From the NCBI RefSeq assembly GCF_036321535.1, contig NC_087436.1, positions 32,304,001 through 32,368,000 on the forward strand: a stretch of 64,000 nucleotides of DNA, in the 5' to 3' direction. The translations under genes were made by a program, and so were the position numbers. The DNA is from Camelus dromedarius (Eukaryota). This document shows, piece by piece, positions 1-14,382 of this stretch. Each line of letters begins with the position of its first letter. Position 1 is the stretch's first letter. Below the pieces are notes generated by a model. That model was not told where the DNA came from. It saw only the letters and a program-made list of their open reading frames with translations, and ran no database searches.

Positions 1-1269
1 ATTGCTAAACAATAACAAAAAAAGGAGTCGTGCCCAATGCTATGTCTGACATTTTGTTCAGTGTCCTAGGGGACATTATCATGTCCTACCTTAGAAGCTC
101 TGGATACTACACTGCATGATCAGAAATTTTGTCAACACTGAAGTAGCTCTGCTCCTCCCTCACTTGTTATGAGCACATTGGAGGCCGATTATCCTGACAT
201 GGAGTTGTATGTCCACTGTCAGGTTTCAGAAGGGACCTGGCAGCAAGAGTTAAAAAAAAAAGGCAGGAATAGTGCTCTGAAGTTGATAGCCACATGCCAG
301 GCACTTTCTGCCCATTAAAAGGCCCTTTTCTTCAGTGTTTGCGTCAACTGTAACAAAAGAAGCAAGAATAAAATAAACAGGTTGCTTCATCTTGTAAGCC
401 AATCAAATCCACCATGAAGGCATCCGAGGAAGATACCTGGCTGATGCTGATGAATAAATGATTTTCTAGTAACAGAGTATGGTTCATTTTCATTTTTAAA
501 TAAAGGTAGATGTTTTTAAAATGCTTATGCCCTTTCAAAAATAGCCTTTTTCCTTTCCCTTGTAGACAAAAAAAAGGGTCAAATTTCAGCAAATTACTTA
601 TGCAAATCACTTGGGAATATTTTTCTCAACACTACATAAACACACTATATAAATATGCAAAACCTCCTACACAATACTAATATGCAGAGAGGTTATTTTT
701 TCCTTAAAGATAATAGAATAAACTAACATCCTCCTAACCTCAACTTTAGTATTCAGGTAGTAACTATTATAAGAACTAGAGCAAAAAAGCCTAAATAATA
801 TGTCACAGAGAAAGAGAACTTAAAAGTTAAAAAACAAACTTAGAATGCTGAAACTAACTGTTAAGAAAGCCAGACAGCAACATTTTCTGCCATTTATATT
901 CATTTTCAAATTTTAATAGAAACATTTATTTGAAAATAAGCCAAGTTTCATTTGTTCAATTTCAAATATATGTAGCAGTTTTACATTCTTATTATTTAAT
1001 CACTCATATTATACCATGACATTACAATATTCTTTAGGCAGAGAAAGACCTCAGTAGAGAAAGCACTATTTTTATGTAAATAACATGAACCAAATATGAA
1101 TTTTTAAAATATTTTACATATTTTACTAACATTTCCTAGAAAAAAACTACTAAAATCCTTCAATTTTACTAATAAACAGCTTAGAAAATGTGTTATATAT
1201 TCATTGTCAATGACATTCAAGTATGATATTGCAACAGATTCTCCTATCCCATCTGTCTGTTCGACTTAC

Positions 1270-1435
1270 ATTTGGCGCTTAATATACTCTTTAAGCAATG
1301 CTTCTTCCACTGGATACACCTGCACGCCTGTACCATCATCATAGTAATACATCATACTGGTATTAAGTTCTGTTTGAAATGGTTGGTCAGACCTTTCACC
1401 ATGTTCTTGATAACCATATGAATAATCAAAGTTCA
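1270..1435 (-). CDS. LARP1B: LARP1B exon (166 nt; LNFDYSYGY...EEALLKEYIKRQ), start of the La motif; gene continues beyond the left edge
   Basis: ttaag| and |gtaagt sites. LKEYIKRQI is the first helix of the La motif. Confidence 0.97.
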
Positions 1436-1669
1436 CTTAATGTGAAAAAAGAAAAAGAAAAAAATAATCAGATTTTTTAAAAAGGAGGTACTATAAAGAA
1501 AAATCCAAAGTGAAGTATTTCAAAAGGTAACAAATATAAAACCATCTTTATTATCAGACAAATAAAATCAGTTAAAACATTATATGGGATAGTGGGGAAA
1601 ACTAACAGAAGTCTTGCATACTTTTCTCAAAGTTCATCTAATTTAACAAAACAAGAAATCATGTCCTAC

Positions 1670-1813
1670 ATCGAGAATTTCCTCTGCCTCGTCCTCTTCC
1701 CCGACCTCGGCCTCTTCCTCGGGCTCTAAAAGAACCTCGGACATTACCACCCTCACTTCTCACACTGGAAACTTCATCTTGATCATCTCTCTTTTCTCTT
1801 TCACGTCTCCAAC
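1670..1813 (-). CDS. LARP1B: LARP1B exon (144 nt) with RG-repeat region (SFRARGRGRGRGRGRGRGNSR)
   Basis: aaaag| and |gtagga sites. DQDEVSSVRSEGG followed by RG repeats, typical of the LARP1 family. Confidence 0.97.
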
Positions 1814-2702
1814 CTTTTTAAAATAAAAATATTTTAATACATTTCAATCTGTGACTGTTAATAACATGTTTATCTTTACGAAAATGTGGTAACCACTTCT
1901 CCCCACTTGGTAACTAGTTGTTAATAACCAGGCATTCTTCAGAAAGATACAAACTTAAGAGATCCCAGAGGAATTTCGTCAAAATGTGTCCAGCATAAAA
2001 GACATTATGCACTGACATAAGAAGACAGTCTATTAAGTCAAGTAACATACTACAAAGATAGTGAGATTGCTTGCTAAAATTGTGTTGTTCAAGATTCAGG
2101 AAGTTCCAGTAAAAATGAGTTTTGCACTATATAAAACTCCTAAGAAACACATTTCCACACACACTCTGGTTTCTCTTCAGATCGAATAAATCTTTTGCCT
2201 TTTACATTTCCACAATAATAATAATACTTATTTTCACAAAATTTTTAAGGAAAGGATGTTTCTATTAAGGTAAAAGATGTTTCTTTTAAAGAAAAAGGGA
2301 AATGAAAACAAAACAAACTGGGAGAAGATATCTGCAGCACAATTACATTCAGAATGCATATAAAATTCATACAAATGTCACATGTGTGCACATGCACGCA
2401 CACACACACTCACAAACCCACACAGAGCAACTTATGGGGAAACTAGCTAAAAGATAGGCTAGGGCAAACAAGCAAATGCAAAAGGCCAATAAAAAATGGT
2501 GCTCAGCCTTACTAGCCTTGAGAAATGCAAATGAAAGAGTATTTTATCTGTCTCAGTCTGAAAAATATTTTAAGGTCCTATAATACCAAATGTTGACCGA
2601 AAAGACAGAACACTTGCATAAAGTTAGTGAGAATAAAAACAGGTACACTCACTTTGTTTTGAAACAACCAGATAAATATAAAGGTATGTATATCCTAAAG
2701 AC

Positions 2703-2943
2703 CAGGGTTTTGCAACTGTGGCATTGTTGACATTTTAAGCTAAGTAACTCTCTAGTGTGGTAGGCTGTCCTGGGTACTGCAACATGTTTAGCATCATCCA
2801 TGATCTCAACTCACTAGATACCAATATCATCATTACCTTCCCCTATTGCCCCGCCACCAGTTGTAAAAATCAATGTTACCTCTAGACAATGCCAAATGTC
2901 CCCTTGTGGAGAAAAATAAAATCACCCCCATTTAGAACCACTG
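2703..2943. mobile_element. MER20-like hAT MITE
   Basis: cagggttttgcaac...ttagaaccactg imperfect TIRs and the typical internal sequence. Confidence 0.8.
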
Positions 2944-4354
2944 TCCTAGACCCTGCAATTCCTCCTCCATTTCTTTCCTTCTTTTTTATACAGTCTTTTT
3001 CAAACATTTCTGCCTCAACCCACAGTAAGCCGTAGTATATGTTACACTCTAACACAGTATAAAAAGTTTAATTTAAACACAACTGTCATAAAAAACATGA
3101 AGCACTCTAGTCTATCAATTTGAGATACCTGATCATGACTCAGTACATCAAATTCATGACACACTCACGAGTTGCAGTCTAAAGAAATTACCCTAGAGAA
3201 CCTTTTATATGTGTCTACTGGAAAACATGCATAAAACTGTTCAATGTAGCACTTTAATACCAAAAAACTGGAAACAATCCACATGTCTATCAACAGTACA
3301 GATTTTATCAAAAAGTGAAATATCCTTCAGCAGGATAAAAAAAAAAAAAGAATGAGTCACAGCATTATAAGCCAACATGCACAAATTTAAGAAAATTTAG
3401 ACTAAGTGAAAAAAATTAGTGCCAAAGAATATGTAAATGGAATAATACTTCATGCCAATTTCAAAAGCATTCAAAAAACTAAAATAGACTTTTTTTCCTA
3501 AGAAGGGAGGCAGTGGGGTGAAACTAGGCACACAGGAATATGTCAAAGATAATGGTAACATGCATTTCTAAAATGGGTGCTAAGTTCCCAGTGTTATTAT
3601 ATTGTTGTTCTTTATACTTGTATGTATTTTCTTATGTACTCTGTACTTAACATAACTACGAACATATTACTTTTAGAATAGAACATTAAAATAATACATT
3701 TGAGAAATAATGGTACAAAAGTCAAAAAAAGTCTTGATTTTTCTATAGGCAAGTTTTATAATTTTAAAGTCATATTTTGTGGACAACTGAGTGAATATAC
3801 CTTATGACTAGATTTCAGATGCTATTAGGGAATTAGTGTTGATTTTCGTAGTTGCTATATTTTCTTAGGACATCAGTGGTAAGGTGTCATGGTACCTACA
3901 TGTTACTTACAAATTATTCAGCAGGTAGATGAAATAAATATAGCAAAATTACTAAATCTAGATGGTGGTTAGATAGGTATTCATTGCACAATTCTTTCAC
4001 AGGATAACATGTCTTAAAAATTATCAGATGTAAAGGATTTCAGCAAAAAACTATAAAACCAAATGCTCAGCAAACTGCTTCCACATATCCTCCTGTCCTC
4101 TTCTTTCTGAAACCTGAACAAACCCTGCTGAAATAAGGTACCTGGGGAATGATTCTTAACGGAAGTAATACTATTAAATGAAAGAATTAATGGGGCACTT
4201 TATGACGAATGGATAAGGCTAACAACACCTGAACGAACTGAACATTAACACTGAGACATTTTATTTCTACTGCTGTGATACATTAAGACACAAATTCAAA
4301 ATATAGGAAATTTCACAAGACATAACCTAACAAACAGCAAAGGAAAGAAGCAAT

Positions 4355-4845
4355 AGTGGTGAGAACGTAAAATGGTACAACCAATCTGGAACAACTCCGC
4401 AATTTCTTATAAAGTTAAATATACACTTGTCATACCACTTAGCAATCCACTCCTAGATATTTACCCAAGAAACTAAGACATATGCCCACACAAAGGCTTT
4501 TACACAAATGTACATAGTAGCACTACTTGTAACAGCCAAAAACTAAAAACAAGCCAAATATCCACGAATAGATGAATGAAGGGGGATATTCATTCGATGA
4601 AAAACTATTCTGCAATAAAGAGGTAGAAACTACTGATGCATAAAACAACACTGACGAACATAAAAATAATTATGCTGAGCAAAAGAACACAAGAGTATAT
4701 AATGTATATTGTATACTTCAATTCATATGAAATTCTGAAAAGGTAAATCTAATCTGACCAAAAGTAGACTCATGGTTAGAGGACATGGCATTAATTTGAG
4801 TGTATTTTAATATATGTAATTATTTGCTCAGTAAAGTTGACTTTT
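4355..4845 (+). mobile_element. Old L1M fragment
   Basis: aaatggtacaacca...cactcctagatatttacccaaga motifs. Confidence 0.75.
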
Positions 4846-5522
4846 TTTAAAAAGGACCCAGAAACCACCCAGAAGAGACTCCCACTAACCAAACCTGGGA
4901 CAATTTGAGCATCAAATTAAACAATCATGGTAACAGATTATAACATTGAAAAAATAAGAAGCCTTAAGCCCACACTAATAATAATGGGAAGTTGTTCTTT
5001 ACAGTGGAATGCCACTGTATAAATATAGAAGGAATGATCCAGTAAAAAAAAAAAAATCAGCATTTGCAAAGATCATGGTAATAATAACTGAACCAGGCAA
5101 GAGTAAGAACCATCAATGGAAAGAAACTAAAGTTCATACGGAAAGTCTGATAAGAAAACAGGTATTCCCAGTTTCAAAGTCTCTTCTTACAAATTACATA
5201 TTAATTATAAAGGGGGAAATAATGTCTTTAAAGAAATCTAGAGTAATTCATCTTAACACCAAGTGCTCAAAATATCAGCAATAAGAAGATAAACCAAGAT
5301 CATGTGTATTTCCAAGTAATACACTGTGAAGAAAACCATTTAACTTTTGCAGTATTCCCACCAAAAATTCATGACTCAAATCTAACCTTGAGGAAACATC
5401 AGAAAACCCAAAGTAAGGTGTGTCTACCACATAAGTGTCCTACAGTCTTCAGAAAAAATCAAAGTCACAGAAGGTTACAAAAGCAGAACTATTTCAGACT
5501 AAAGGAGACTAAAATGACTTAC

Positions 5523-5660
5523 TTCGTGTATCATTTCTCCTATTATGTGATGATTTACTTGCTTCTGGTTGACATCTTGAGCTGTTCCGGGATCCTGGTC
5601 TTTCTTGACTGTCTGGTTTTACATCATCTAAGTGGAGTGGTACCCACTTGTGCTTATTAG
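5523..5660 (-). CDS. LARP1B: LARP1B exon (138 nt; ANKHKWVPLHLD...RRNDTR)
   Basis: ttcaag| and |gtaagt sites. NKHKWVPL motif shared by LARP1 and LARP1B. Confidence 0.97.
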
Positions 5661-7781
5661 CTTGAAGAAAACAAAATAAAATCATTTAATGACAATGCAC
5701 AATATTCATTAAAGCTTTGCAATTGTGAAAAGACTCTAAATTTTAATTAAATAAATGAAAGACTTAGTTTGTCCTCAAGGGATTCTTTGTAGAGTACCAA
5801 AATTATTTTCTTCTTTTTCCACAGCTCTTTAATAAACTTGTTTGGGCAAACTGTATTTGTAAAACCAAATGAACAGTTAGTGATGGACTATCATTGGAAT
5901 TCTTTTGCTTTTAAGTGAAATGTACATTCAATTCTGATGGATAAGCTATTCAAAAATACTAAGTGTTCACAGTACTCCCATCTAATACTAGATACTTAGG
6001 TGTTAGAACACGGCACACCTGGATAATGGTTTGGCTAGTGATTCTAAACACTTTTAGCTTCATATGACTGACTCAAGTATCAGTTTGTCTAGCATATTAC
6101 TGCTACTACATACTACTAATGCACAAGCTTTCTCAAAATAAAGTTTATGTATAAAATTTTGTCTAACTGCATTTGATAAATCATTTTATAACTACACACA
6201 TTTTCCTAACTTCAGTCAAGAGACAGAAGCAATTTAATGTTTCTTGTTACCAAATGATACTATAATTAACAGTTATACTAGTGAAATTCTGAAGATTACC
6301 TATTCATGGATTCCATAGTTAAGGTTTCAAAACGTTCAGGCTTCTGCCCAATATATATTTTCAATAAACAAAGACTCAGGGCAAAGGAAAAACTACCCAA
6401 GTAATTAAGGGAATACTGGTGTGCAACTATAGCATTGATTCCCTATAAATCATGAAACTATGGACAGATGAGGAAAAGAGACAATGAAAGAATCTAAAAG
6501 CTCTTTTACAGTCTATACTATAAATTCTAATCAATGAGATTCTCTGTCATAAAAAAGCCTTTGTTTTGAAGATAAAAATGTATGCTCAAAGTCACACCTT
6601 CATGACCTGATTATATGAAATAACTCTAACTACAAAACACCTGGACTTCATAGTTTTACAGTGTTGGGTGATCAGTTTTAAAGTTTTAATTGAAGCAACT
6701 AACAAGGAAGACATACATTAGCATAGGATAAGTCTTGTCATCTGTATGAATTCTAGACAGTCAAAAAGACTACTTATGTATCTGAGAAGTATGAAAGAGG
6801 TAAGTGATTAAAGTGTTTAAGAAACGTGGAAACTTTTTTCTAACAACCACATGGTTGTCCTGCTGCCACCACTTCTGAGCAATTACCCTTGGCTTACTGT
6901 ATCAAGTGAGCCTAATGCTTACCCTGCAGCTAAGGGTTATAATACTCATTTACAAAAAATTCAAGTAAGTGCTCAAGGTATGATGGATTGTCAGTTCCAT
7001 TATTAAAGAAGTTGGCTGGCAACTACTTAATTATGAAATGTCCCCTCCCATGCCTCATCACCTCCATGGATTAAAATCCTTCAATGGCTTCCCATGGCAC
7101 TTAAACTGCTAATTCCAAGTTACCAAGGCCCAGCATAAGGTGGACCTTGCCTACCTCTCCAATAGCATCCGCTGCCACTCTCCCCAACATTCACCTTGCC
7201 TCAGCCACTGATTTCCAACAGTTTAAAGAACTTTTCTGCCTAAAAGTCCCTAAAGACACATTTACCTAGACTCGGAACACTGAATGAGCATACGCTTTCA
7301 TCGAACAGTTAAATCATAATCTGTCACTAGACATATGGAAAGTTCCTAAAACAATAAGGAAAAGGGTGTAAAGATATTATTTTTTTCTCACTGGGGGAAT
7401 GCTATGAGTAAAAAAAGTTGACCAAGACTGTTCTCAATTTTCTCTTCGAAAAATATTTTCTCAGAACTCCCTGAAAAACAGGGAGCGGTTCCAAAGCAGA
7501 TGTAAGAACAATAGTCATCACATAACTTTCCAAGAACATATCTACACCTACATCTACAGGTGGAATTTCAATCCATTTTTACATAAAATACAGGTCAAAG
7601 CAAAGAGAAAAGCCTAACATTTCAGAAATGTTATAAAAGCAAATCAGTTAACAATGCAGATAGTACCTTAGAGAAATCCAAAATACTCATTGGTGACTAT
7701 CAGGAATCAACTGACTAAATATAATTCTTCATTACTACAACTCTCTTCAAAAAATCAAAATGAAGATATAGATAAACTAAC

Positions 7782-7956
7782 CTCTCTTTCTTTGATTACT
7801 TGACTGAGCCTCATCCTCACTGACATTTTCACCAGGACCATCTAATTTTGTTTCCCGGCTTTCTTTGCTTTCACTGTTATTTCTCTTTTCAACCTTGTCT
7901 TCTCGTTCTTTTCTATTTTGTGGCTTCTTATTTCCTTGGCTGATGGCACTCTGACA
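7782..7956 (-). CDS. LARP1B: LARP1B exon (175 nt; CQSAISQGNKKPQ...SSNQRKR)
   Basis: tttgcag| and |gttagt sites, consistent phases, near-identical to recalled human LARP1B. Confidence 0.97.
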
Positions 7957-8069
7957 CTGCAAAAAGTTTTTCTGAATGAAATAGTTTTCATGAACATTTT
8001 CACTAACATTCAAAAGTTTATGGTAACACCTTACCTAAATATTGCCAAATGAATGACAACTTTAAACAA

Positions 8070-8990
8070 AAATTAAAAATGACTTGTCAAAAGACAATGT
8101 TAAAAGTCAAGCCAAAAATTGGGAGAAAATATTTGTTAAGTATTTGACAAAAGTACTTGTATCCAAAATATATAATGAATTCAAGATGCAGTAACAAGAA
8201 AACAATTTAAAAATGGGCTAGAGTTGAACTGATGCTTTAGCGAAAAGATATAATGATGGCATATGAAAAGGTGCTTGATATCACTAGTCAGAAAAATGCA
8301 AATTAAAACTACAATGCAATACCACCCTACACCTACTAGACTGACTAAAATTAATTTAAAAGGCTGACCACATCAAGTACCAGTAAGAATGCAGAATAAC
8401 TAGAATTCTCATACATTGCTGGTAGGAATAAAAAGTTTGGTAGTTTAAAAAGTTAACAAATAGCTACCATAATATTCAGCCCTCTACTCCCAAGATAAAT
8501 GAAAGCATATATCCATAGAAAATTCTCTACACAAGTGTTTGTACAGCAGCCTTATTTGTAACAGCCAAAAAGTGAAATCAACACAAATGTCCATCAATAG
8601 ATGAATGGATAAACATTTATATCCATACAATGGAATACTACTCAGTAATAAGAAGGAATGAACAACTAATACATATTACATAAATAAATCTCAAAATAAT
8701 TAAGCTGAATGAAAGCCAGAAAAAAAAAATACATACTGTATGACTCCACTTACATAAAATTATAGAAAACACAACTTAACTAAGTGTCAGAAAACATATC
8801 AGTGGTTGCCTGGGATGACAGTGGGAATGTAACAGGGAGAATTACAAAGGAGTACGAGGAAACTTTTGAGGTACTGGTTAAGTTCGTCATCTTGTTTGTG
8901 CCAATGGTTTCACAAGTCAAAATACACCAAACTGCAAACTTTATATATGTATAGTTTATTATGTCACTTATACACTACTTAAGCTGTTTT
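8070..8990 (+). mobile_element. Old L1M fragment
   Basis: L1 ORF2/3'UTR motifs (aaatgcaaattaaaac; atccatacaatggaatactactcag). Confidence 0.8.
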
Positions 8991-9555
8991 ATATATATTA
9001 TTTACAACTATGCACAAATTACAAACAGCAAAGTGTACAGTGTCAAATGAAAACATGCAACCAAATAACCATGTATGCTACTCCTCTAATGTGTTTTGAT
9101 AGAATATCTCAAAACCATCTTTTAGAGTTTCTTTCATAGCTAAATCAAAAATCCATTCACTGAATATTTCTTGATATGATATACATGCATATATGTGTGT
9201 GTGTATATATGTGTAATTAGGGCTTGAACACATTGAAAGGATGATAGATCAAAAAAATATATATATAGAAAAAATTCTGAAACACAAAGTGGGCTTCAAT
9301 TACACACATTATATTAAAAATTAATCTATTTGTAGGTATTACGTGAAGATGACAGCATGGTACCCCATCCCTTCCAAATGTAAGGTCCTGAGAATACAAC
9401 CAGATGAAGGCAATGTGATGAATGAAATCAAGGTATCTGAAAAAATGGTTATTTTATTAATGCAACTCTCTAAATTTGAAGTAAAATAAATTCCACATGT
9501 TGAAATGACAATATTTTCCCTTTATTAAAAATAAGTCTTAAAAAACAATACTCAC

Positions 9556-9615
9556 TCCAGTGCTTACTAATTCACTTGGTGTTGGCCAATTCGCCATATC
9601 GCTGAAATCACTAGC
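9556..9615 (-). CDS. LARP1B: LARP1B exon (60 nt; ASDFSDMANWPTPSELVSTG), containing the ATG at 9597 equivalent to the human MENWPTP start
   Basis: cttag| acceptor and GGA|gtgagt donor. Matches the recalled human LARP1B N-terminus MENWPTPSELVNTG. Confidence 0.95.
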
Positions 9616-9982
9616 CTAAGAAGTAACAACAAAAAAATTTATGTCTGTAAATCAGAAATTTTTTGAAGTGAAAGAAATGTTTTAAATCACCTACATTCAA
9701 TTGTATGTATTCATTTGTCAAATTAATCTAAAACCTTCTCCAAACAATAGAACGTTGTAAGAAGAATGCTTTGGTCTTACAGTCCAATTTCTAATACAAT
9801 GACATTGACTAAATTGACAGACACAGGGTTAACAAAGGCATATGGGGATTTGGATGAAGATTACGATTCTCTAGTATAGTAACTTTAAACTAACAATGAT
9901 AGGAAAGAAAAATACACAATAATCTAAGAAGAGTTCCTTTCGAAATCATTATAGTTAAAAACTATTTCCTTTAAAGACATAC

Positions 9983-10041
9983 CTTGTTGGATTTCTTTGT
10001 CTTAGGTTTTCCTGCTTTTATAATTTTGGGGGAATTGAGGT
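9983..10041 (-). CDS. LARP1B: LARP1B exon (59 nt; (D)LNSPKIIKAGKPKTKKSNK), 5'UTR in the short isoform
   Basis: Acceptor ttttttttag| and donor AAG|gtatgt. Similar to LARP1 APAKVVRAAVPKQRKGSK. Confidence 0.85.
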
Positions 10042-13000
10042 CTAAAAAAAAAAAAAGACTTGTTTTTACAACCGTATCATTCCATATATTTAACAAAATA
10101 ACTATGAAACCAACTTCAGTAAGTCAGTGTAGTCAATATTTTCAACAAAATCCAAAGCTGAGACAAATTCCTAACAAGAAATCAACTACATTTTAAACAT
10201 AGATTCAAAGAGGTCTTCAGTGTTTAAATGAAGAAGTAGAAAATATTAACAGCTTACTTACACTGAACTGATAGACCAATCCTTTCACTATCAGAATACA
10301 ACATGGAAAAATTAGAAATATATTTTAATACAGAAAAGTTAGTAAATAAATTCCTAATGGGATACATTTTTCTATACATATTATATACAAATAAATTCAC
10401 ACTCATCAAAGAGCCATCCAGAAAATAAGTCAGAAAACTTCAAACTATTTGCCCTTGAAAACAAAGTTTGGGAACCATAATCCTGTCTTTTACCTTGATT
10501 CACTATCTAGCATGATGACCAGATGGCATATCATCTAGCTAAACATGGCCTGAAGTAAATATTAAAAAGTAGAATAAACATGGGATCTGCAACTATGGAA
10601 AACACAATAATTTAGCAAAACATGAATCCCATAAATCATGGAAGTGACTAATTCACAGGCTAAAATAAAGCAATCTTTGAGTTAAAGCCCAGAAATACTT
10701 AACTAAGATAGAGTACTTATGAAAGATGAATGAAGGCTCAAGATATCATCAGGGCTGGGCACACTGGTATCTTGAATATTGTATTAATTCTATTTCTAAA
10801 GCAGAATAGTGAGTACATGGGTATTTGCTTTATACTTCTTTATACTTTAGGTACACATATGTGTAAACATGAATGTAAATGTGCATAAGGATAATTATTT
10901 AAGAAAAATCAGTTGCAAAAAAATTACAAATATGATTTAAAAATGAATGTGGTACCATACTCTACCCAGACACTGATGATAATCTCTAGCCAAAAGTGAG
11001 TAAAGGGGTTGGAGAGGAAGAATCGATCTTTATTTCTTCACATTTAAAAATAAAAGGACAAGAGATTTTGATTGCAGTCAATTCTTTTGGATTCAAAAAC
11101 TTTGGACTTTTGTTTAAATTTTAATCTCTCATCTTTTAACTCCTCCTTAAAAAATATAATGGGAAAAAAATTTCACACTTAACTCTATGGCCTGTATAAT
11201 GCTGACATTTTAATAATGGAGTATCTTTATGTACACATTGCAATTTGGATATTTAGTTTATCAATATCGTAATTTATTCTCATCACAAGGTATTTGACAA
11301 ACTATGTTGGCCAATGTGGCTGAATACTCTGGGATAGGAAAGAGTGATTTCTTAATATTGGTTACCTAATGGCCCTCACAGTAAATTTACTTTTCTGAAA
11401 GGAAGACTTTCCCCAGAAAATTCCTGTTCCCAAGTTCCAATTCCTCCCACGGAAATTAAGTTTCCTAATTAGTGAGTTTAGGAAAAGGAACTAAATTTGC
11501 AAAGCTAGCACCCTGCCCACTTTTCTTTGGGACCTAGCTGTCCACAGAGAGCAAGCATTCTAATCTGCTCCTTTGTGCTGCCAACTTCAAAGGGCACACT
11601 GCCCAACAAAAGTAGAAGGGGAACCTGCAGTTGTGCAATGCCAATTGTGGACATATTTGTCTAATTCCAAGTCCAACAGAAGGAAGTACTGTGTGCTGCT
11701 CACTCAGACCACCTCATCAACCCAGTCTTTTCTGGTTAAAAGGATGACAATGAGCTTTAAAAAAAACAAATCTGAGTAAAAGATAAACAGATGATTCAAA
11801 TAAGAAATACCAGTGGCCAAACATGAAATGGCACTCAATTGCTCTAAGAAATGTAAACTAAAACATTTTTCACCTGTCATACTGATAAAATGGACATTTC
11901 TCTGATATTGTTGGAATGAGAGTGAAATAGTAGAACCTCTCAAGAGTAATCAATCATTTAAAATGTATATACTTTCTAATGAAGCAATTCCATTTCTGGG
12001 AAATTATCTGGGAATCAAGACAAGGTACTAAGTTGTCTGTATAAGATACTCACTGCAGCTCTGCTAATAACTGTATTTAAATAAATAATATCTACATTCA
12101 ATAATATGGGATAGTTATATTATTGGTACATTTACATAAAATATAAAAATTTTTAGAAATAAGATAAATCTGTACATATTGACATGGAAAAAATCCACCA
12201 GGTTTGAAGTATTTTATATATACATATGTATTTTATATATACATATAGAACAGATAAAAACAAGCCTAAGAAAAGAAATTTTTCATTTTCCCATGTTCCA
12301 ACCAAAATGGAGGAAATTACCCTGGCATGTCATTAGAGAAAACCTAAGACTGAAAAACCAAGACAACCTGAAAAACCTTTAAATAAAGAAATTTTAATTA
12401 AGAAAATTTTTTCAGACAGATGAAGAAAACTAAGCTACTAGTGGTCCCAAGTACATATAAATAAACACGAACAAGTGTGTAATCTTCATACTTTTATTTT
12501 TCAAACATCACTGGTGAGACATCATACAAATACAAATTTTTTTGCATATTATTCTAACATCTAAATCTATAAGAAGCTAATTCCAAATAGGAAAACAGTT
12601 CATTTTAAGAGCTTGGATACTGAAAACAAAAACTTGCAACATAACAGGGGCAACTTTATTCACTTAAATTTTCATGACCATAATCTTTAGGAAAGTTTCA
12701 ATTAAGAAAATTCATTGATAGTTATCAATATTTCATATATTTTATTATATTTAAGGGGAAAATGTCATAACATGCTGTTTTGCCACAGTAAATAAGTTTT
12801 TTTAATGTAAAAAAAAACTACTTCTCATGCTGTAAAAGTGGGAGTATCAATTTCACTTATTCTAGAGAAAATCAAAAGTGTATAAGAGGTGTGTATAAAA
12901 ATGTCTGAAACAATCAAGATGTTGATCAATAGGTAAATGGCTTAACTGACTATGTCAGTTACACTTATGGACCATTTCTCAGCAATTTTTTTGAAGCTGA

Positions 13001-14382
13001 AATTTAAAATGTTCAACTTCATTATAAGATAAAATTTTTATAACTAAGTATGTAGATGGTAGTTAACTAATCTTATGGTGATCATTTCACAACACACAAA
13101 TATTGAATCATTATGTTGTATACCTGAAACTAATGTTAATTATAATTATAAAAAAAATAAACTGACTAACTGTAAAGAAAAAGAAAACCAGCAACCAATA
13201 CTTTAAATTAAAAATGTTCTAAATGCATATACAAAATGCTCTATATAGAAGTAATTGCATAGAAAGGACTGAAAGGATATTTAGCAAACTGGTAAGATGA
13301 TTATCTCCTTTTTTGAAGGGATCAAAAGTTCCATTCTTATAAGAACATACTTATGTATCATTTATATAATAGCATCTTATTAGAGTAACAGTAAGCTTAT
13401 CTGAGGTCTCTGGGAAACACATTTGGAGAAAAGAGGATTGATAGGGTCAAAAAAACTAAGGAAAAAAAGATGAAAAAAATCAGTATTTTTATACACCATT
13501 TCTGTGAATTAAAGAATGAAAATTGTATTAGAAAGCTGATTTGTACTATGCAAAACATAATCATAACTACAGATTAGTAATTATTAAATACCATATTATG
13601 ATTTTAATAAAGGTCTCCAAAATAAATAAAACTTTAAACGAGGACTCGGGGAGAATTCTTTCTGGTCAGGAGACTGGAATTCAAGATTGCAGTGACACTA
13701 TTCTAGGCCTCTCCTATGGGGAAGGCTTTGGCTGAATAAAGGGCTTTATCAGGATTACCAGAAAGAGCAATACCCAAGCCAGAACCATCCCAAAAGTGGA
13801 AGAAAGTGTGTCAGAAGAGATGAAGAAGTAAAAATGCCTCACTTGCAGTTCAGTTAGAACTGCAGGTTCTAACAGAAAATTCATGATTAGCAGTCCTGAA
13901 ATATTCCCCTACATTTCCTATAATGTTTCTATCTCTCATAATAAACTTTCTGGCAAAATTTTGTGCACGGAATCCCTGTACCTCATTAAGTGAGTGACAG
14001 TAAATTCAGGTTTGGCTAGGACAGAGAGTTTAAGTCTGTTATTACTGCATAATTAATATCCTTTTCTTTCCCTCTCAAGAATATCCTGATTTACAGGATA
14101 AAATGCACAAGTCTCCCACTAACACATTATATTAACACTCTCCTAGTTTGTACCTACTCTAGACCCTAAAGGTCCTCTGCTTCTATTTCATTACTTTTGA
14201 GGTTGCAAATTTGCTTAGGTAAACAGGAAGCCAAGGAACACAGGTTATAGATAGCACTTTGGTATTAAGAACTGAAAGAGAAAATACATCCACTTCATTC
14301 ATTTATAAGGCACAGAAATCTTGCCAAAAGTCAGCTAGGTAGTAACAGTATCTGGAGGAGAATCCAAATTGTGCAGTTCTAT

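Noticed and set aside
5304..5660. 118-aa plus-strand ORF
   Set aside because: Antisense to a LARP1B exon plus old repeat sequence.
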